Assembly (NCBI GenBank): GCA_010093815.1
Contig: ML996566.1
From: Pseudovirgaria hyperparasitica
Lineage: Eukaryota
Length of the DNA stretch: 64,000 bases
Reading direction: 5' to 3' (one strand)
Shown here: piece after piece, positions 1 through 13,535 of the stretch
How positions within the stretch are numbered: position 1 is the stretch's first letter
How the letters are laid out: the number at the start of each line of letters is the position of its first letter
The notes under the pieces: generated by a model
Databases searched by the model: none
What the model saw: the letters and a program-made list of their open reading frames with translations, nothing else
What the model was told of the DNA's origin: nothing
Made by a program: the position numbers and the translations under genes

Positions 1-2759
1 TCTGCATTATGCAGCACAATATGGGTTCGTCGTGATATGCCAAGAAGTCATCAAACATATGCAAGACTGGGGTCAATTCGATGTCTCTCACTCAATAGAT
101 TCTGAAGACTGGCAGGACGCTGAGGGCTACGCGCCGCTCCATCTTAGCGTGATCGGCGGTCATGCCCTGACTGCTAAGTGCCTACTAGATGCTGAGAGGT
201 GGAAAGGTGCGTCTTATGAGATGCGAGATACCAGGAAACGTATAGACAAATCCGGGGCAGTACTGATGTTAGCCACGAAATCGAATGCAATCTCCATCGT
301 AGAACTTCTTGTCGAAGCTGGTGTCGATATAAACCATACTGATGAGCAGGGTGAAACCGCTCTCCATGTGGCCGCACACTTTGGCCACACTAGATGTGCC
401 GAAATTCTGCTTAAGGGGACCGACGACCAGAAAGCCGATGTCAACATACCAGAAACGACATTTGGGTGGACTCCGCTCTTCGTTGCTAGCGTTGATGGCA
501 ACCTCTCCGTTGTAGAACTTCTGATTGGCGCTGGGGCAGACGTAGATAGGGTTGATCTATCTGGGTGGTCTGCCAAAGAACATGCAGCACTCAGGGGTCA
601 CCTGGGAATAGCTCAGAAAATTGCGAGTCTATCACCTTTACCGGAACTGTCCACGTCGGACACGTCTTCACCCAATAGCTCTCCACCCCAGACACCAGCC
701 CTCGGGCCTCAACGCATAAACGGAAAGCACGGCAAAATCCATACTGAAGCAACCAAGACATTTGGACATCGATATCTCACCAATCAAAGTATGATACTAG
801 TCAGTTTGGGCAGTATGGACTCCAGGAAGAACTTTCCTGCAGTAAAACTAGAAGATATTCCCTTGACAGACGCGCACTCTACACAGCTTGACACCGCTCT
901 GTCGATTGTGGTATCAGCCAATGGCGCGTCTGGTGAGCCTACCATCATCGATCTTCCTGTGCAAGAAAACATCAGCACAACCCCAATCACATTCATGACG
1001 TCCGACGCTTCGAAAGTTAAGCTTTTGTTTGACATTGTCCCGACCTATGCAGGTTCAAAGGATCGAGTCGTAGGCCGGGGAGTTGCCTTGCTGTCCACAA
1101 TCAGGCCAAATGTTGGCTCCAGAAGAATCTCTTTACAGGGTGATATTAGTGTCCCTGTCATGGCGGCCAGCACGCTGGACGTTATCGGCTCTGTGAATTT
1201 CAATTTCTTGATTATTACGCCGTTCCAGCATCCTAATATGTCTCTAACCGAAGACCGCACATATTGGAAAAGTATGGAAGATTCGACAATGGTTATCGGG
1301 CATCGAGGTAAACACGTCGTATCATTTGACTGGTGCTTTCTCAAACTTTCCAATAGGCATGGGCAAGAATCAGGCGGCTCAGAGGTCACTACAATTGGGT
1401 GAGAATACCATTGAGGTTTGTCGGTCTTTTCGTTTGCGAAACGTTTCTCTTAACGGTCGGTGCAGTCCTTCATAGCTGCCGCAAATTTGGGAGCTTCATA
1501 CGTCGAGGTAAGTCAGTCTGAAACTTCACACGGAATTCGCTAATGAGACTGTAGTTCGGTAAGAATTCCCCTAATGAGCCTGTGCTATCTCTGACGCATA
1601 ACAGATGTGCAGTTGACGAAGGATCATGTACCCGTCATTTATCATGACTTTCTTGTCAGCGAGACGGGCATAGATGCTCCTGTTCATACCCTCACTCTAG
1701 AGCAGGTAGGAGTTTCTGATGGGAATTGAAAGCACGACTGACATCCGTAGTTCCTACATGTGAGCGAACAGCGTACTCCTCGACATTCTCGTCCAGTCTC
1801 TCCTTCCGAGTACAAAGATCCTTCGAATAAGGGTTCGAAGGAAGGTCATCGAACACGATCCTACTCTGTGGGTTTACCACATGATGCTCGAAACACTGAC
1901 ATGAGCGAACGGATGAAGCACACGCGTGACTTCAAAGAAAAGGGCTTCAAAGGTAACAGTCGGGGTAACGCGATTCAGGCGCCTTTCACAACTCTCGAAG
2001 AGATGTTCAAAAGACTGCCTGAACATATAGGATTCAACATCGAAATGAGTAAGCAAAACTGACCACGCTCGTTAGGACGTTCGAGCTAACAAACGTCCCA
2101 GAGTATCCAATGCTTTTCGAATCAGAGGAGCAAGAGATGGACACCTACGCAGTAGAGCTAAACTCCTTCGTCGATACTGTTCTTACTCAAGTCTACGACA
2201 TGGGCAAGAAGCGTAACATCATCTTCTCCTCCTTTAATCCTGATATCTGCCTTTTGCTGTCGTTAAAGCAACCTTCCATACCAGTATTGTTCCTCACTGA
2301 TGCGGGAGCCTCCCCTGTTGGTGATATTCGTGCCAGCAGTCTCCAGGAGGCGATTCGCTTTGCTTCGCGCTGGAATCTTTTGGGCATCGTGTCAGCCGCG
2401 GAACCTTTGGTTACGTGTCCACGGCTAATCAAGGCCGTCAAGTCAGCGGGTCTAGTGTGTGTCAGCTATGGCACACTTAACAACGATCCAAAAAACGTCA
2501 AGGTATTAAAACCCTCCCAGCCAATGCGACATGAGTTTCTGATCTTATTGCACAGCGCCAAGCCAGAGAAGGCATTGACGCCGTCATCGTTGACAGTGTC
2601 CTCGCGATCCGTAAGGGGCTCACGGGAGCGAATCCGAAACGCCGGACCTCTTCAAACGAAGGTCCTTACTTTGTAGTCACCGAGCCATTGACGAGTTATG
2701 ACGATGCGATACCGAAAGTCTCGACCCCAATAGAGAAACTTGCAGGCAAAGGAGAGTAG
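1..2759 (+). CDS. GDE1: Glycerophosphocholine phosphodiesterase (ankyrin repeats + GDPD domain), 5'-partial, multi-exon
   Basis: Ankyrin repeats (GETALHVAA, GWTPLFVAS), then spliced GDPD motifs IGHRG-MG, GENT, VEFDVQLTKDHVPVIYHD, FNIEMKYP, FSSFNPD, GIDAVIVD. Canonical GT-AG introns at about 1308-1357, 1415-1465, 1508-1554, 1559-1604, 1706-1750, 2049-2102, 2503-2555. Stop TAG 2757-2759. The N-terminal SPX region would lie outside the window. Confidence 0.93.
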
Positions 2760-3534
2760 AGCGGCGGACATGCGTCCGACGTCAAATGTTTCAAAGTTCT
2801 GAATAGATCCTGGCGTAAGATGATTGCGCTTCTTATACCCATTGGGCGAAGGGGATATCTAGATATCTCGTTATTGGTGGTGGACGTTTGGTTCCAGCAC
2901 AGATAGGCGAGCTTAGAGCTACGATGGTGTATATCCATCTATACTGTGATACGCCGGGTAATACTATCATCCTTTTCCTGGTCCTTTATATGGTATATGG
3001 TAGGAAAGTATCGCAAAATTGTTCCTTCGAGCGTAGCATAACCTCGTTGTGCGTGACTCTCTACGCTGGAATCTCACTATCTGTATATGCATAGCTCTTA
3101 TATGCGCAGGTGCCTACTCAATAATCCGCTATATGCATGCAGGCAAAATATCACTCCGTCCTACTACCTATCGAAAAACAGGGCTGTGTATTCAGATACA
3201 ACCTGTAATCTACGATAACTGTGCACTGGACTTGAGTTAGTGAATGATGTAGAATCAGTACCTGGTGGGTTGGCTATTCTTGAATTGCTGACCTGTTTGG
3301 GTCAGAAACAGTGTTGACACAGTCGAGTTATCAGAAAAGTAGCTGCATGAACTGCGTAGATTCTTCAACTACGCTATTTAAAGGCGAATTCCTCGCCCCA
3401 TGACCCTGGGTATAATATACTAATGCCCCCCTCCGTACTCCCACAACCCCACTGCCCAAACGTGCCAAACCACCCAAACGCCATCCCAGACAATGCAAAC
3501 CCGGCGTCCTCACCCATCGGAACCCACCACACGC

Positions 3535-5971
3535 TCACCAGTGTCGCGAGTGTACGAGCCACCCGCCCTCTCGTACACTCGCGATCACCGCCTGCACACG
3601 CTTCCTCTTAACCCCCTCACGCACCGCCACGTCTTCGAGCGCGCGGCGGCCGTCGAAGTACTTGAGCAGCGTTGGCCAGAGCTCACGGACCTCCTTGTCT
3701 TGGAATCCGTCTCGGATGTGCTCTAGCCAACGAGCTTCGACTGCTGTTGCGCGGAGGGGGTTGAGGATGAGCGAGGTAGTGAAGTCCGACGCCGACTCTC
3801 CGGGCTGCGGGGTGAAGAGAGGGGCACCGGGGACTTGCGCGGCTGTTGGACGTGATGTTGGCGAGTGGTGAGCTGTGATGGGCGAGGGAGGTGAATGCGG
3901 TGGTGAGGAAGTCGATATTGACAGTGGCGAAAGACGCTTGTGTGCAGCATGCGTGATTTTTGGACTGAGTGTCGTGCGATTGCTGCTCGTATTGCTTGCT
4001 GTGCTTGGTGGACGAACATTTTCACGTGCGGCGCGGCGCTGTGGGCTGGAGATCTGATCAGTCTCATTGCGTGCTGCTTCTTCCTCGGCGGCCATCTCTA
4101 CTGCGACTGCGGCCTTGATCTCGGGTGTGACTTTAACCCATGCGAAAGTACGCAGCTGCGTGACCCAGCCCCCACGCATCAACCAAGCGAGGATCTCCAT
4201 ATATCGTGTGCGGTGATCTGGGGTTGGGATGAACAATGAGTACGCGCGTGGCACACCAGACATCAACGCCAACATCTGCGGCAAACTAGGCATCGTAGGA
4301 AATCGAGCGGCATAAGCAGGGATAGCAGCGGACAGGGCACGCAAGTCGGCATTGGGTGAAACAACGTAGGTGTCGCGATGGTGTAGAGGAGGTATCAGGC
4401 GAGCACGACGCCAGTAAAGGAGGTGATCAGCGATATATTCAATATCCTGGATTGGGATGGATTGTGTAACGGAGATTTTGTGCAAGGATTTCGTAGGTAC
4501 CAGGCTGCGAAGGTAGAAGGCTATAGGAGTTGAACTGGCTACTTGTGCGCCTTCGATCTCGCGGATCAGAGTCTCGCAGTCTTCGAGAAGGAGGAGGGCA
4601 TAGCGGTGAGTGAAGGGTGTCTCGGTATCATCGTCGTCAATAACATTTGAGGTGGTGAGCCATAAACCAGGAGGTTGGGGGTTGATTGAAGTTGGTAGAT
4701 AGGGAGTGGAAACTTGTTGGGGTATCTGGAACGAGGCCTCGGAAGCTGCGTCTAGGTGGATGTGGGCGATCTTTGAGTTTGATATGGAGTCATAGATTAT
4801 CGCGAGTGATTTGGCAAGAGTAGAGGCGTTTAGTATGTTCGGCCAGACGATGGATATCGGTGATTCTAAAAAAGGTCGTTAGTGTAGTTCGAACCGTAAA
4901 GGAGGCGCACAAACGCTTTTCACGAGCTTTGATCTTGATACCCAAGATCTTTTTCGATTCCTTCCACACGTAGTTTGACTTGGCCTGCTCACGCTTAAGA
5001 GCTTTAGAGAATTTGCGAGCAATGTTGTCATACATCTCTTTGACTCGTGGCTGGTACTCCAGTGCGGGAGGGTTAAGAACGAAAACGACATGAAACATTG
5101 ACATGTCGTTGTCCAAGCTCGTGGACCCAGTTTCGGACGCAGAAGCAGAAGCATGTCCATACCCAGCTTCAAACATTTCCGGTATTCCAGTACGCGACGC
5201 GTACGGAAGGCCAACATCTATACCCTCATCTTCGTCGTCGTAAAGTTCTTCTTTGTCATTGTCGACTGTTTTGTCTTTCACACTTGAGGAAACAAAGCTC
5301 TCCTGTCGATTTCGATGACTGCTCTTTTTCTGACGGCGTCGCTTCTTTCTCCACAGACCGTCATCACGGATGAACATCGGAACACCGATGTAGTAGCAAC
5401 CATCTACTCCAATCTCAAACTTCCTCTTGTGGAGCGCCTTGTGTGGTGAGAGTAGCTTCTCTAAGCTTGTTCTTTGAAAGCCGAGCACGCGATCCCAATC
5501 AACCTCTCCGTTCTCTTTACCGGCAATATTCTGGCCAGAGCTTACAGCATTGTTCTTCATGGCCTTTCTACTCAAGTCGTAGCCCTTGGAAGTCAAGTCG
5601 GCCTCGTCATCCTCATCTTCATAGTCTTCGCGATTCCAGATGCCTCTGCCTTTCGTGCCACTACTTTTGCCACCAGCCGTGCTGCCCTTACCACTTTTGC
5701 TGCCATGGTCACCTTCGTCACCCGCATCGTCCTCCGAGGATGACTCTCCATCGCCCCAACCCGACTCTGAGTCTCCATCCACGGTGTCAGTCGCAGAAGA
5801 CGCGTTACCGTACCAAGCAGGCGAAGCAGATGCGCCGTTCGAGAAGAGAGACGAGGAAGGATTGACAGGTTTCGGTGGATAGTGGAACACAAGCTTCGGA
5901 CCACCACCAAGCGACTTCGCTACAAGGACGATCGCAACAAGATGTGAGGATTGAGACAGATTTGGCTGCAT
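3535..5971 (-). CDS. NPR3: Nitrogen permease regulator 3 (GATOR1/SEACIT subunit)
   Basis: N-terminal LVAIVLV..GPKLVFHYP, KFEIGVDG, MFHVVFVLNPP, KFSKALKREQAKSNYVWKE; C-terminal HLLYWRRARLIPPL..RDTYVVSPN, WLMRGGWVTQLRTF, YFDGRRALE..HSRHW. One intron at about 4868-4914 joins the two ORFs. Confidence 0.9.
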
Positions 5972-6174
5972 CTTGCGGGGAAGCGCCCAGTCAAGCTTGA
6001 TTTGGAAAGTTTAGCTGCTTATTCCCTCGTGGTAAGGAAGAAACGATACTGGGAAATTCATTGGAATCCAATGTGCTGCTCACGGTTCATCAATTGAGTT
6101 AAAACAACTTTGAGCAAGTGAGAGTTGGTGTTGTGCGAACTTGAGCTTAAGCTTGGGAAATAAGTCGCGACGAG

Positions 6175-6254
6175 GATAAGGTAGCTTGAGCTTGGACCCA
6201 GAAGCCCCGCTAGCGGGATCAGTGGGGTGGCAGAGTTACAATATTAGCCTTATC
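6175..6254. promoter_or_regulatory. Two GATA elements upstream of NPR3 (possible AreA/Nit2-type sites)
   Basis: GATAAG at 6175-6180 and CTTATC at 6249-6254, about 200-280 bp upstream of the NPR3 ATG. Short motifs, so chance is possible. Confidence 0.3.
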
Positions 6255-6487
6255 GCCTTATGACTAACAAGTAGTTCAAGTGAATGATCCTTCACAGGCA
6301 CGTGCATGCCGACATGTATCTCGTCATGCAGCGCTAAAGAACAGTAACAAATGTTCACCGACAGGCTCGCGTTCATAAGATTGTCTACATAGCGCGTATG
6401 GAGAGTTCTAGCTGATCCACTGACATGCGAAAGTGGTACAGTCTAACATCTGTGTCAAACATCTTGTATTTCGCACACGTCTATTGC

Positions 6488-7701
6488 TCATTTCCCCTCT
6501 CTCATGGTGCGGAAGAAGTCCATGACACCAGTGAACACTACGAGCAGAATTCCACCACCGGGTCCAAGTCTGAGAACCTTTGGTGCAAAGCCCTTGTAGA
6601 GAGCGCTGAAGCCTTCCTCTTTGAAGACGGTACCAAGGGCAGGCCATGCCCAATTGTACTTGGGTACACCTCCAGGCACCCGGGGCGAGTTCTGAATGCG
6701 GGACTTGATAACATCCATTGGGGTATTCAGAATAGTTCCGACCGTGCCTCCAATAGCACCTGAGACGAGATCATTCTGAATCTGCTGACGCTTGTTCTCT
6801 GCCTTGGGCAGCAAAGCGCGGACTTGGAAGATGCAGCCGAAATATCCAGAATTCCAAAGTATGTGTCTCCATGCCGTACTTTCAAAGCCTTGGTAGAGTG
6901 TCATAACACCCTCGGCCCGGACAGTCTTTTGAAGGCAATCAATCATGCCATTATACTTGTGTGCTTGCGCCTTATCTTGTAATCGAATCTTGATTAACTC
7001 GAAAGGTACCACGACGAATGATTCAGTAGCTCCAGCAGATGCACCAGTAAGAACAGAAAGGCTCTGATTCATTTCCTTAACGCCAAATGTTGTTCGGTAG
7101 AACTTTCCCCATTCATCGTTTGCAGCAAACTTGGTGGCACTTTTGGAATATCAGATACGATGACAACTTTGCACCCATAGGACCTTACCGTTTGGGGGCT
7201 TCCATAAGGATTGGAGCACTGATTCCGCGGTATAATCTCGATGCACTGGTAGAATTATTAACCACCTTCCTTTTTCCTCTCTTAGGGTGAGGTTACCCTT
7301 CATTCTTGATGATCTTGCGGAAGCAATCGATCATGCCATTGTAAGCATCTTCACCCACGCCCTTTCCTGTCTGCAGTTGCCTGCAACTCTTAGCTTCTCA
7401 CTATCGTCCTCGTATCCTTGGGCGCATACACTCGAGTCTTCACTACATCCAGCGGGTACCTGACAGAAATGTTAGCCTACAACGTGGATGCTGATGAGGG
7501 AAATCTCACATTACTAAGATCTAGTACAACATGAAGGATTAGTCAATTGCTTGAAGTACCTAGACCTGTTGCGGCCAACATACTTCAGAGACACCGGCCA
7601 CCGCACCTACTTGGATTAGCTTTCTCTGTGCAATGCACATGGACAATACACATACCAGCGGCGAATTGGTATACGAAGGGGAGAGGCTTTTCGGTCGTCA
7701 T
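6488..7701 (-). CDS. ODC1: Mitochondrial 2-oxodicarboxylate carrier (ODC1/ODC2 family), 7 exons
   Basis: Spliced reading MTTEKPLPFVYQFAAGAVAGVSEILVMYPLDVVKTRVQLQ...RLYRGISAPILMEAPKRATKFAAN...; three PX[DE]XX[KR]XR carrier signatures; C-terminal PKVLRLGPGGGILLVV. Confidence 0.93.
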
Positions 7702-8038
7702 GGTTGTCAGATCTGAAGGAAAGGTGCGACGACTGGAGACAGGCTGAAAAGCTGTTGAACACAGTTGGACCGTGATAGGAAGTGGATGGCCAGAGCTTCC
7801 AACTTCGCGGGCCTGGGTCTCAGGTTTTAAGACTTGGACGATGTACCACACAGAGAGACCTTTAGAAGTAGTTCAGGATTGTAGAAATCTCCGCATCAGT
7901 GTGTCATAAAGTAAAAAAACCTTGATATATCGAAAAACCACAGGCAATACGCAATAATTAAGAGCCGAAATGAACGTATAGCTCTTGAGCCGAAGGTGTT
8001 GCCGAGGTCGTGCCAAGACTTGCAGCCTTGTCGCCTAG

Positions 8039-8087
8039 TTCGCGTACACGGATGGCGTGTAAAGTGGAAGTCGACGCGTTCTATAAA
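8039..8087 (+). promoter_or_regulatory. MCB-like cell-cycle boxes and TATA upstream of DNA2
   Basis: ACGCGT at 8074-8079, TCGCGT at 8040-8045 and TATAAA at 8082-8087, about 90-135 bp before the DNA2 ATG at 8175. Confidence 0.5.
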
Positions 8088-8174
8088 CACATATCATATC
8101 TCGACAACCCCACTACTCACCGCAGCGCATAGTCTCTACAAGCTGGTTACAGGCTACCTGGCGATGTAGTCTTA

Positions 8175-11100
8175 ATGTCTAAACCAACCAAGTCCTTCTT
8201 TGACCAAGAACAGAAGCCCAATGTCCGTATATGGGTTTTCAGACTGTATCGTGTCGTTGGCTAATGGCTATAACAGCATCGATATTCTAATTGGAAGCGG
8301 AGCAGCACTTTCCATGCTCCGACATGCATAGAGACGAGGCCTACCCGAGACTTCATGACTGGACCACCCATACCGCCGAGCAAGCGCACGAAGTCGAAGC
8401 TCAAGGCATTCCAATTCATCGATGGGGCTCCTCCAGCCGAGGAAGAGAAAGAGAACCAATGTGGAACACCAGACAAGCAGCGACAGAGATCCTGCGAGAC
8501 GCTGCACAACGACAAATTACATGAGAATGTATCCATGACTGTGTCGCCACTCGCGCCACCACCTTCAACACCAGCAACTCGACTTCCACTTGCACTTCTG
8601 GTCGGCAATTCGGACGATTATTTGAGGAAGGGACCAATAGATGACTCCCCAGAGGATCTTGTCTACTGGCATCACAATGTCTCACCTCGAAGCTCTATGG
8701 CTAATGTCATCACGCCAGCACAACTTCGTGGAAAGAAGCGAGCACGCAGCTCTTCGCCGGTCACATCTTCACAACAAGACAAGTCGGGCTTTCTCTGCGA
8801 TAGAGACCCATTGAAACCGATACCCATACATGCCACTCTGACCACACCCCAAGCTGATCCAGCGGCGGATCTTTGGAACAAATACTCGCTCAACGGAGAA
8901 GGCTCTCTTAAAACGCCTGCATCGAAGATTGATACTATATTTTCACACCTTATCAATGAGTCTTCTCCGCGGTCCAGCGCAACTGCAGGCAGCGTAGGTG
9001 GGTTGCGGCGATGGGCAAGCTGTGGTGTTGCTTGGCCCACATCCAAAAGTAAAAGGAGAAGGCTTGCGGGCACCTTTCGAAGTAGCAAGGGCGATAGTGT
9101 TGTTGAAAATGAGAGTGGAATGAATGAGAGCAAGCCAGTCACCACGAAGGCAGAGAGACTCTTGGAAAGAATCCAAGAGACTTTGGCCGATGACAAGCGA
9201 CGGAAGGTATCAGCGCTACCATCGAGTTCCTCTCCTTCCGCGAATACGTATCGCACTGTGGAGAAAGACGTTGAGTCTCCATTACAACGTAAGAGGAGGA
9301 GCCAGCGGCCCCCATCCCAGGAACATGTTGTCAAGCGATCTCCTCTTAGGTTGAGTCCAGCAGTGGAAAAAGCTGTGAGTTCCAGCTCGTCAGACTATGG
9401 TGACGACGACATAGACCTCGATGTTGTCGCAGCCATGAATGATCCACTTGCTCGACTAGCTGCAAAAGAGCCCGCTGGTAGGACGTCCGAAATTAGGACA
9501 TCACAACCCCTTGACACTTGCGCTGTGTCATCTTTGCATGCACCACCACAACCTACGAATGATGTCTTTAGCAGCGATGACGAGTTTGGCGATGAAGATC
9601 TGTTCAATGATGAAGCTGATGCCCTAGCGGCAGCGTGCGACAGTGCAGGTCCACCGCCAGCTGCAGGTCCTCCTAGACTTGCATCGAAGCCAGCGCACGT
9701 ATTTCAGAGCCAGCGGTCTGTATCTGCGACTAAAGATTCCCTAGCTAAATATGATGCGTCTGATGACGAATTCGGTGGCGACGATATTGACGATGATCAT
9801 TTCGTAGCAGCCGTCAATATTGCAACTCAACAAGGCAAGGTCTTGGGCGGCACGCAGGCGTCTGTACGTATTTGGTCATGATCTATGGATATGTCATATG
9901 CTGAGTCTATGAAGGTTAGAACGACCTCTAAGATCATAGATCCACTACTAGTCATCGAAATTCAAGAGACCTTCTATGTCAATGCAAGAAACCAGCATGT
10001 ACCTCAAAAGGTCTACTTCCCAGGTTCTGTTGATTCGATCGAGTGATCATGTACTGACCAATCCTAGGTCATACGAGTCAGTAATGAGCGACGCAAAACG
10101 ACACACTCTATCTCCCTCCGACAGTCTTGGTTTGACAGCCAATGTATCGCAGGCATGTACGTCCATGTTATCGGGAAATGCGGTGACGACGGAAGCTACA
10201 TAGTCGACGATAACTGCAACCTATTCATAATGCACCCAGACCAGCTTCTCACTGCGACCGCTATAGCAGAATCTTCCGAGTGCGTTCGACGTTCGGTCTT
10301 GAACGACCGAATCAAGATACCTTTCAGCAAGAATGCTGGTCTTGTATACGGCAATATCCTGCACGAACTTTTCCAAGAATCCATGAAGTCAAACCGGTGG
10401 GACGACCAGTGGCTGGACAAGACTGCACAAGAGATCATACCTAGACACCTTGAAAGCATCCTCGAGATAAATGTGACCGAATTTCAGGTCCTCGATCACC
10501 TCAGGAGCAAAGCTCCTCTCTTCCAGGCATGGGCTCAGCTCTTTGTCCAAGAAAACCCAGGTGTAAGTCATGCCAACATTGTGTACTCCCTTCACTAACG
10601 AATGCAGCCTCAATCCATGGTCAACGGAAGTAACGGGCAGAAATCTCAATTGAGTATCAGCAAGCTACTCGATGTTGAAGAGAACATATTTTCGCCGGCC
10701 TATGGCATAAAGGGGAAGATTGACGCTACCGTCCAAATCAAGACTATTGAAAAGGGCGTAGAGAAGACTCTAGCGGTTCCATTTGAGCTCAAGACAGGTC
10801 GCGAGAATGCGTCCCATCGAGCTCAAACAGCCTTGTACACATTACTGTTGTCTGATCGTTACGACGTTGAAATCGCATTCGGCCTTCTCTGGAATATAGA
10901 GGCATCGTCCATGAGCCGTGTACAAGCCGTAAGACATCTCATCAGGCCTCTCATAATGCGTCGAAATGAGCTAGCGATTTGGATCCGCGAGCGTGCAGCC
11001 CTCCCTCCAGTGCTAAAGGAATATCAATTCTGTGATACGTGTAAGGTCAGGGATCCTTGTTTCATCTATCATTCTCTTGTCGAAGGCGGCGATGGGCGAA

Positions 11101-13535
11101 GCTTCAAGCCTAGGGTAAAGGAAGCATATGATGAGCTAGTGAAGTATCTCAAGCCCAGTCACAGTCAATTCTTCAATACATGGCAAGCTCTCTTATCAAA
11201 AGAAGAAGCAGACATGATGAAATATCGCAAAGAGCTGTGGACACTTCTGAGTAAAGAGCGCGAACGCCTGGGACGATGTTTTTCTAATGTACTAATCGAA
11301 CCCGGATCCTTTCAGGAAATTCACGAGGGCTCTCGTATGAATCGTTTTCGCTACACATTCGTCAAACAGCAGCGCTCTTCCGGATTTTCTTTTGCTGAGT
11401 CTCAGCTTGTCAAAGGAGAGCCAGTTGTTGTGTCTGATGAAAATGGGCACTATTACCTAGCGAAAGGTTTCGTCGAAGGTGTCCACAAGAAAAGAATCAC
11501 AGTGAGACTGGACAGAGCACTACATAACGCACGAAGGCGCAAGTCTGGGTTCAACGCTGAGAACAATCAGGTTTTTGCAGGAATTACAGAGTTACCTGGA
11601 CCGGGTCCATCGACAACAGACTTTCAAGAGGAACAGATCGTGTACCGCCTCGACAAAGATGAATTCGAGAACGGCATGGGTGTACCTCGCAACAATCTCA
11701 TCCAGCTCATGAACAGGAATGCAACAGGACCTGACCTTAGATCTCTCATCGTTGACCAGATGCCACCAAAATTCAGACCAAGTACGACCACCTGCTCCTT
11801 AGGCAGTCAAGCTGCAAATCTCAACCAGGATCAGAAGGCTGCCATCGGAAAGGTTATGTCTGCGCAAAACTATGCCCTTGTCCTTGGAATGCCTGGAACA
11901 GGCAAAACAACGACTATCGCGCAGATTATCCGTGCCCTTGTGAACCGTGGCAAGACCGTCTTGTTAACATCTTTCCAGCACAGCGCGGTAGATAATATTC
12001 TGCTCAAAATACGTGAGGATAACATAGGGATACTTCGACTCGGCGCTGTGACAAAGGTTCATCCCGAGGTAAAGGAATTCGCCATTCTCGCCGAGCAACC
12101 TAAAAAATCTTTGGAAGAAGTCGAACGTGCATGGACGGATCCCCCGATAGTCGCTTCAACCTGCCTAAAAGTCGATCATCCGATATTCACAAGAAGACAG
12201 TTTGACTACTGTATCGTGGACGAAGCCTCTCAAATTACACTGCCTGTCTGCCTTGGACCTATACGTATGGCACGTACTTTCGTTCTTGTTGGCGACCATT
12301 ATCAACTTCCACCGTTGGTACGCAATAGAGAAGCCCTCGCTGGCGGCTTAGATCAGTCCTTGTTTCGCATTTTATGCGAGCAGCACCCCGAAGCGATGGT
12401 CAATCTTGAGCACCAGTATCGAATGAACGCCGACATCATGGCCATTGCTAATACACTTATCTACTCCGGACGACTCAAGTGTGGCTCGAGAATTGTCGCA
12501 AACCGCAAACTCGATATCCCGGACGCTTCGACTGCTCTCGTCCGTTTTCATACACCATCCTCTTCATCAAAACCGGTTGTCTCACATTCAGCATGCCAGT
12601 CTGCCACTTCAGTCAATTGCCATCTCACTCGCTCGTTAGATCCGGAATCTCGCGTTATATTCTTGAATACTGATTCTCTTGGCCCGACCGCTCTGGAAGT
12701 GTCCTCATCATCTACTACCGCCACTCGCATTACTAATCCACTCGAAGCCATTCTTATTACACAAATATCATCCTTGCTTCTCTCTGCCGGTGTGCCAGGC
12801 TCAGAGATCGGTATCATAACGCCCCATCGCTCACAGCTGTCCCTGCTTAAATCGCACGTCCGCTTCATCTCTCATGCCGGCGCGAGCCAGATTGAGCTCA
12901 ACACTGCAGACAAATACCAGGGCCGCGATAAAGAAGTCATCTTAGTATCTTTTGTACGAAACAATGAGGCTCGAGATGTAGGCGAGTTGTTGCGCGACGC
13001 TAGGCGCGTGAATGTTGCTGTAACCCGTGCACGTAGTAAGTTGATCATGGTTGGAGGCCGCAAGACGCTCGAAGGTGATAAGCTGCTCAAACAGCTCGTC
13101 GGGCTGTGCGATGACAGACAATGGACGTTCAATCTGCAAGCCGGATGTGTCGAAGGCCATTCATTCGAAGATCTGGGCACGACACAGACCACTGCCGCGG
13201 CTGGAGCCACACAGACGTCTCCTATTCAAGCTCCGATGTCGCGGACACCGCAAGCGTTAGTCTTCACAGATGATGGGCGGCTCGTCAGCCCGGAGAAGAA
13301 GAGGACCGCGAGGTCTCAGACGGCTAGGAAGGCGCTGAGTCCGCTCAAGGCAGCATCGATCAACGCTCGCAGGGGACAGGCAGCACCAGATTCGTCGATG
13401 CAAATATTAAGCTCGGGAAGTCAGAAGGGGAGGATAAAGATGAAGAAGCCATTAAAGGGAACTATGCATGGAATGCTAGAAGGGTTTTTGCATACAAGAC
13501 CGGTCTTGAAAGATTTAATGAATGATGCGGCGTAA
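8175..13535 (+). CDS. DNA2: DNA replication ATP-dependent nuclease/helicase Dna2, 5 exons
   Basis: Disordered N-terminus; Fe-S cysteines (SSECVRR ... CDTCKVRDPC); nuclease motifs GNILHELFQ, DVEENIFS, GKIDATV, FELKTG, HRAQTALY; SF1 motifs GMPGTGKTT, DEASQ, VGDHYQLPP, QYRM, TADKYQG, NVAVTRAR. A short first exon 8175-8222 splices in frame to 8277; other introns about 9864-9914, 10011-10067, 10563-10607. Confidence 0.96.
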
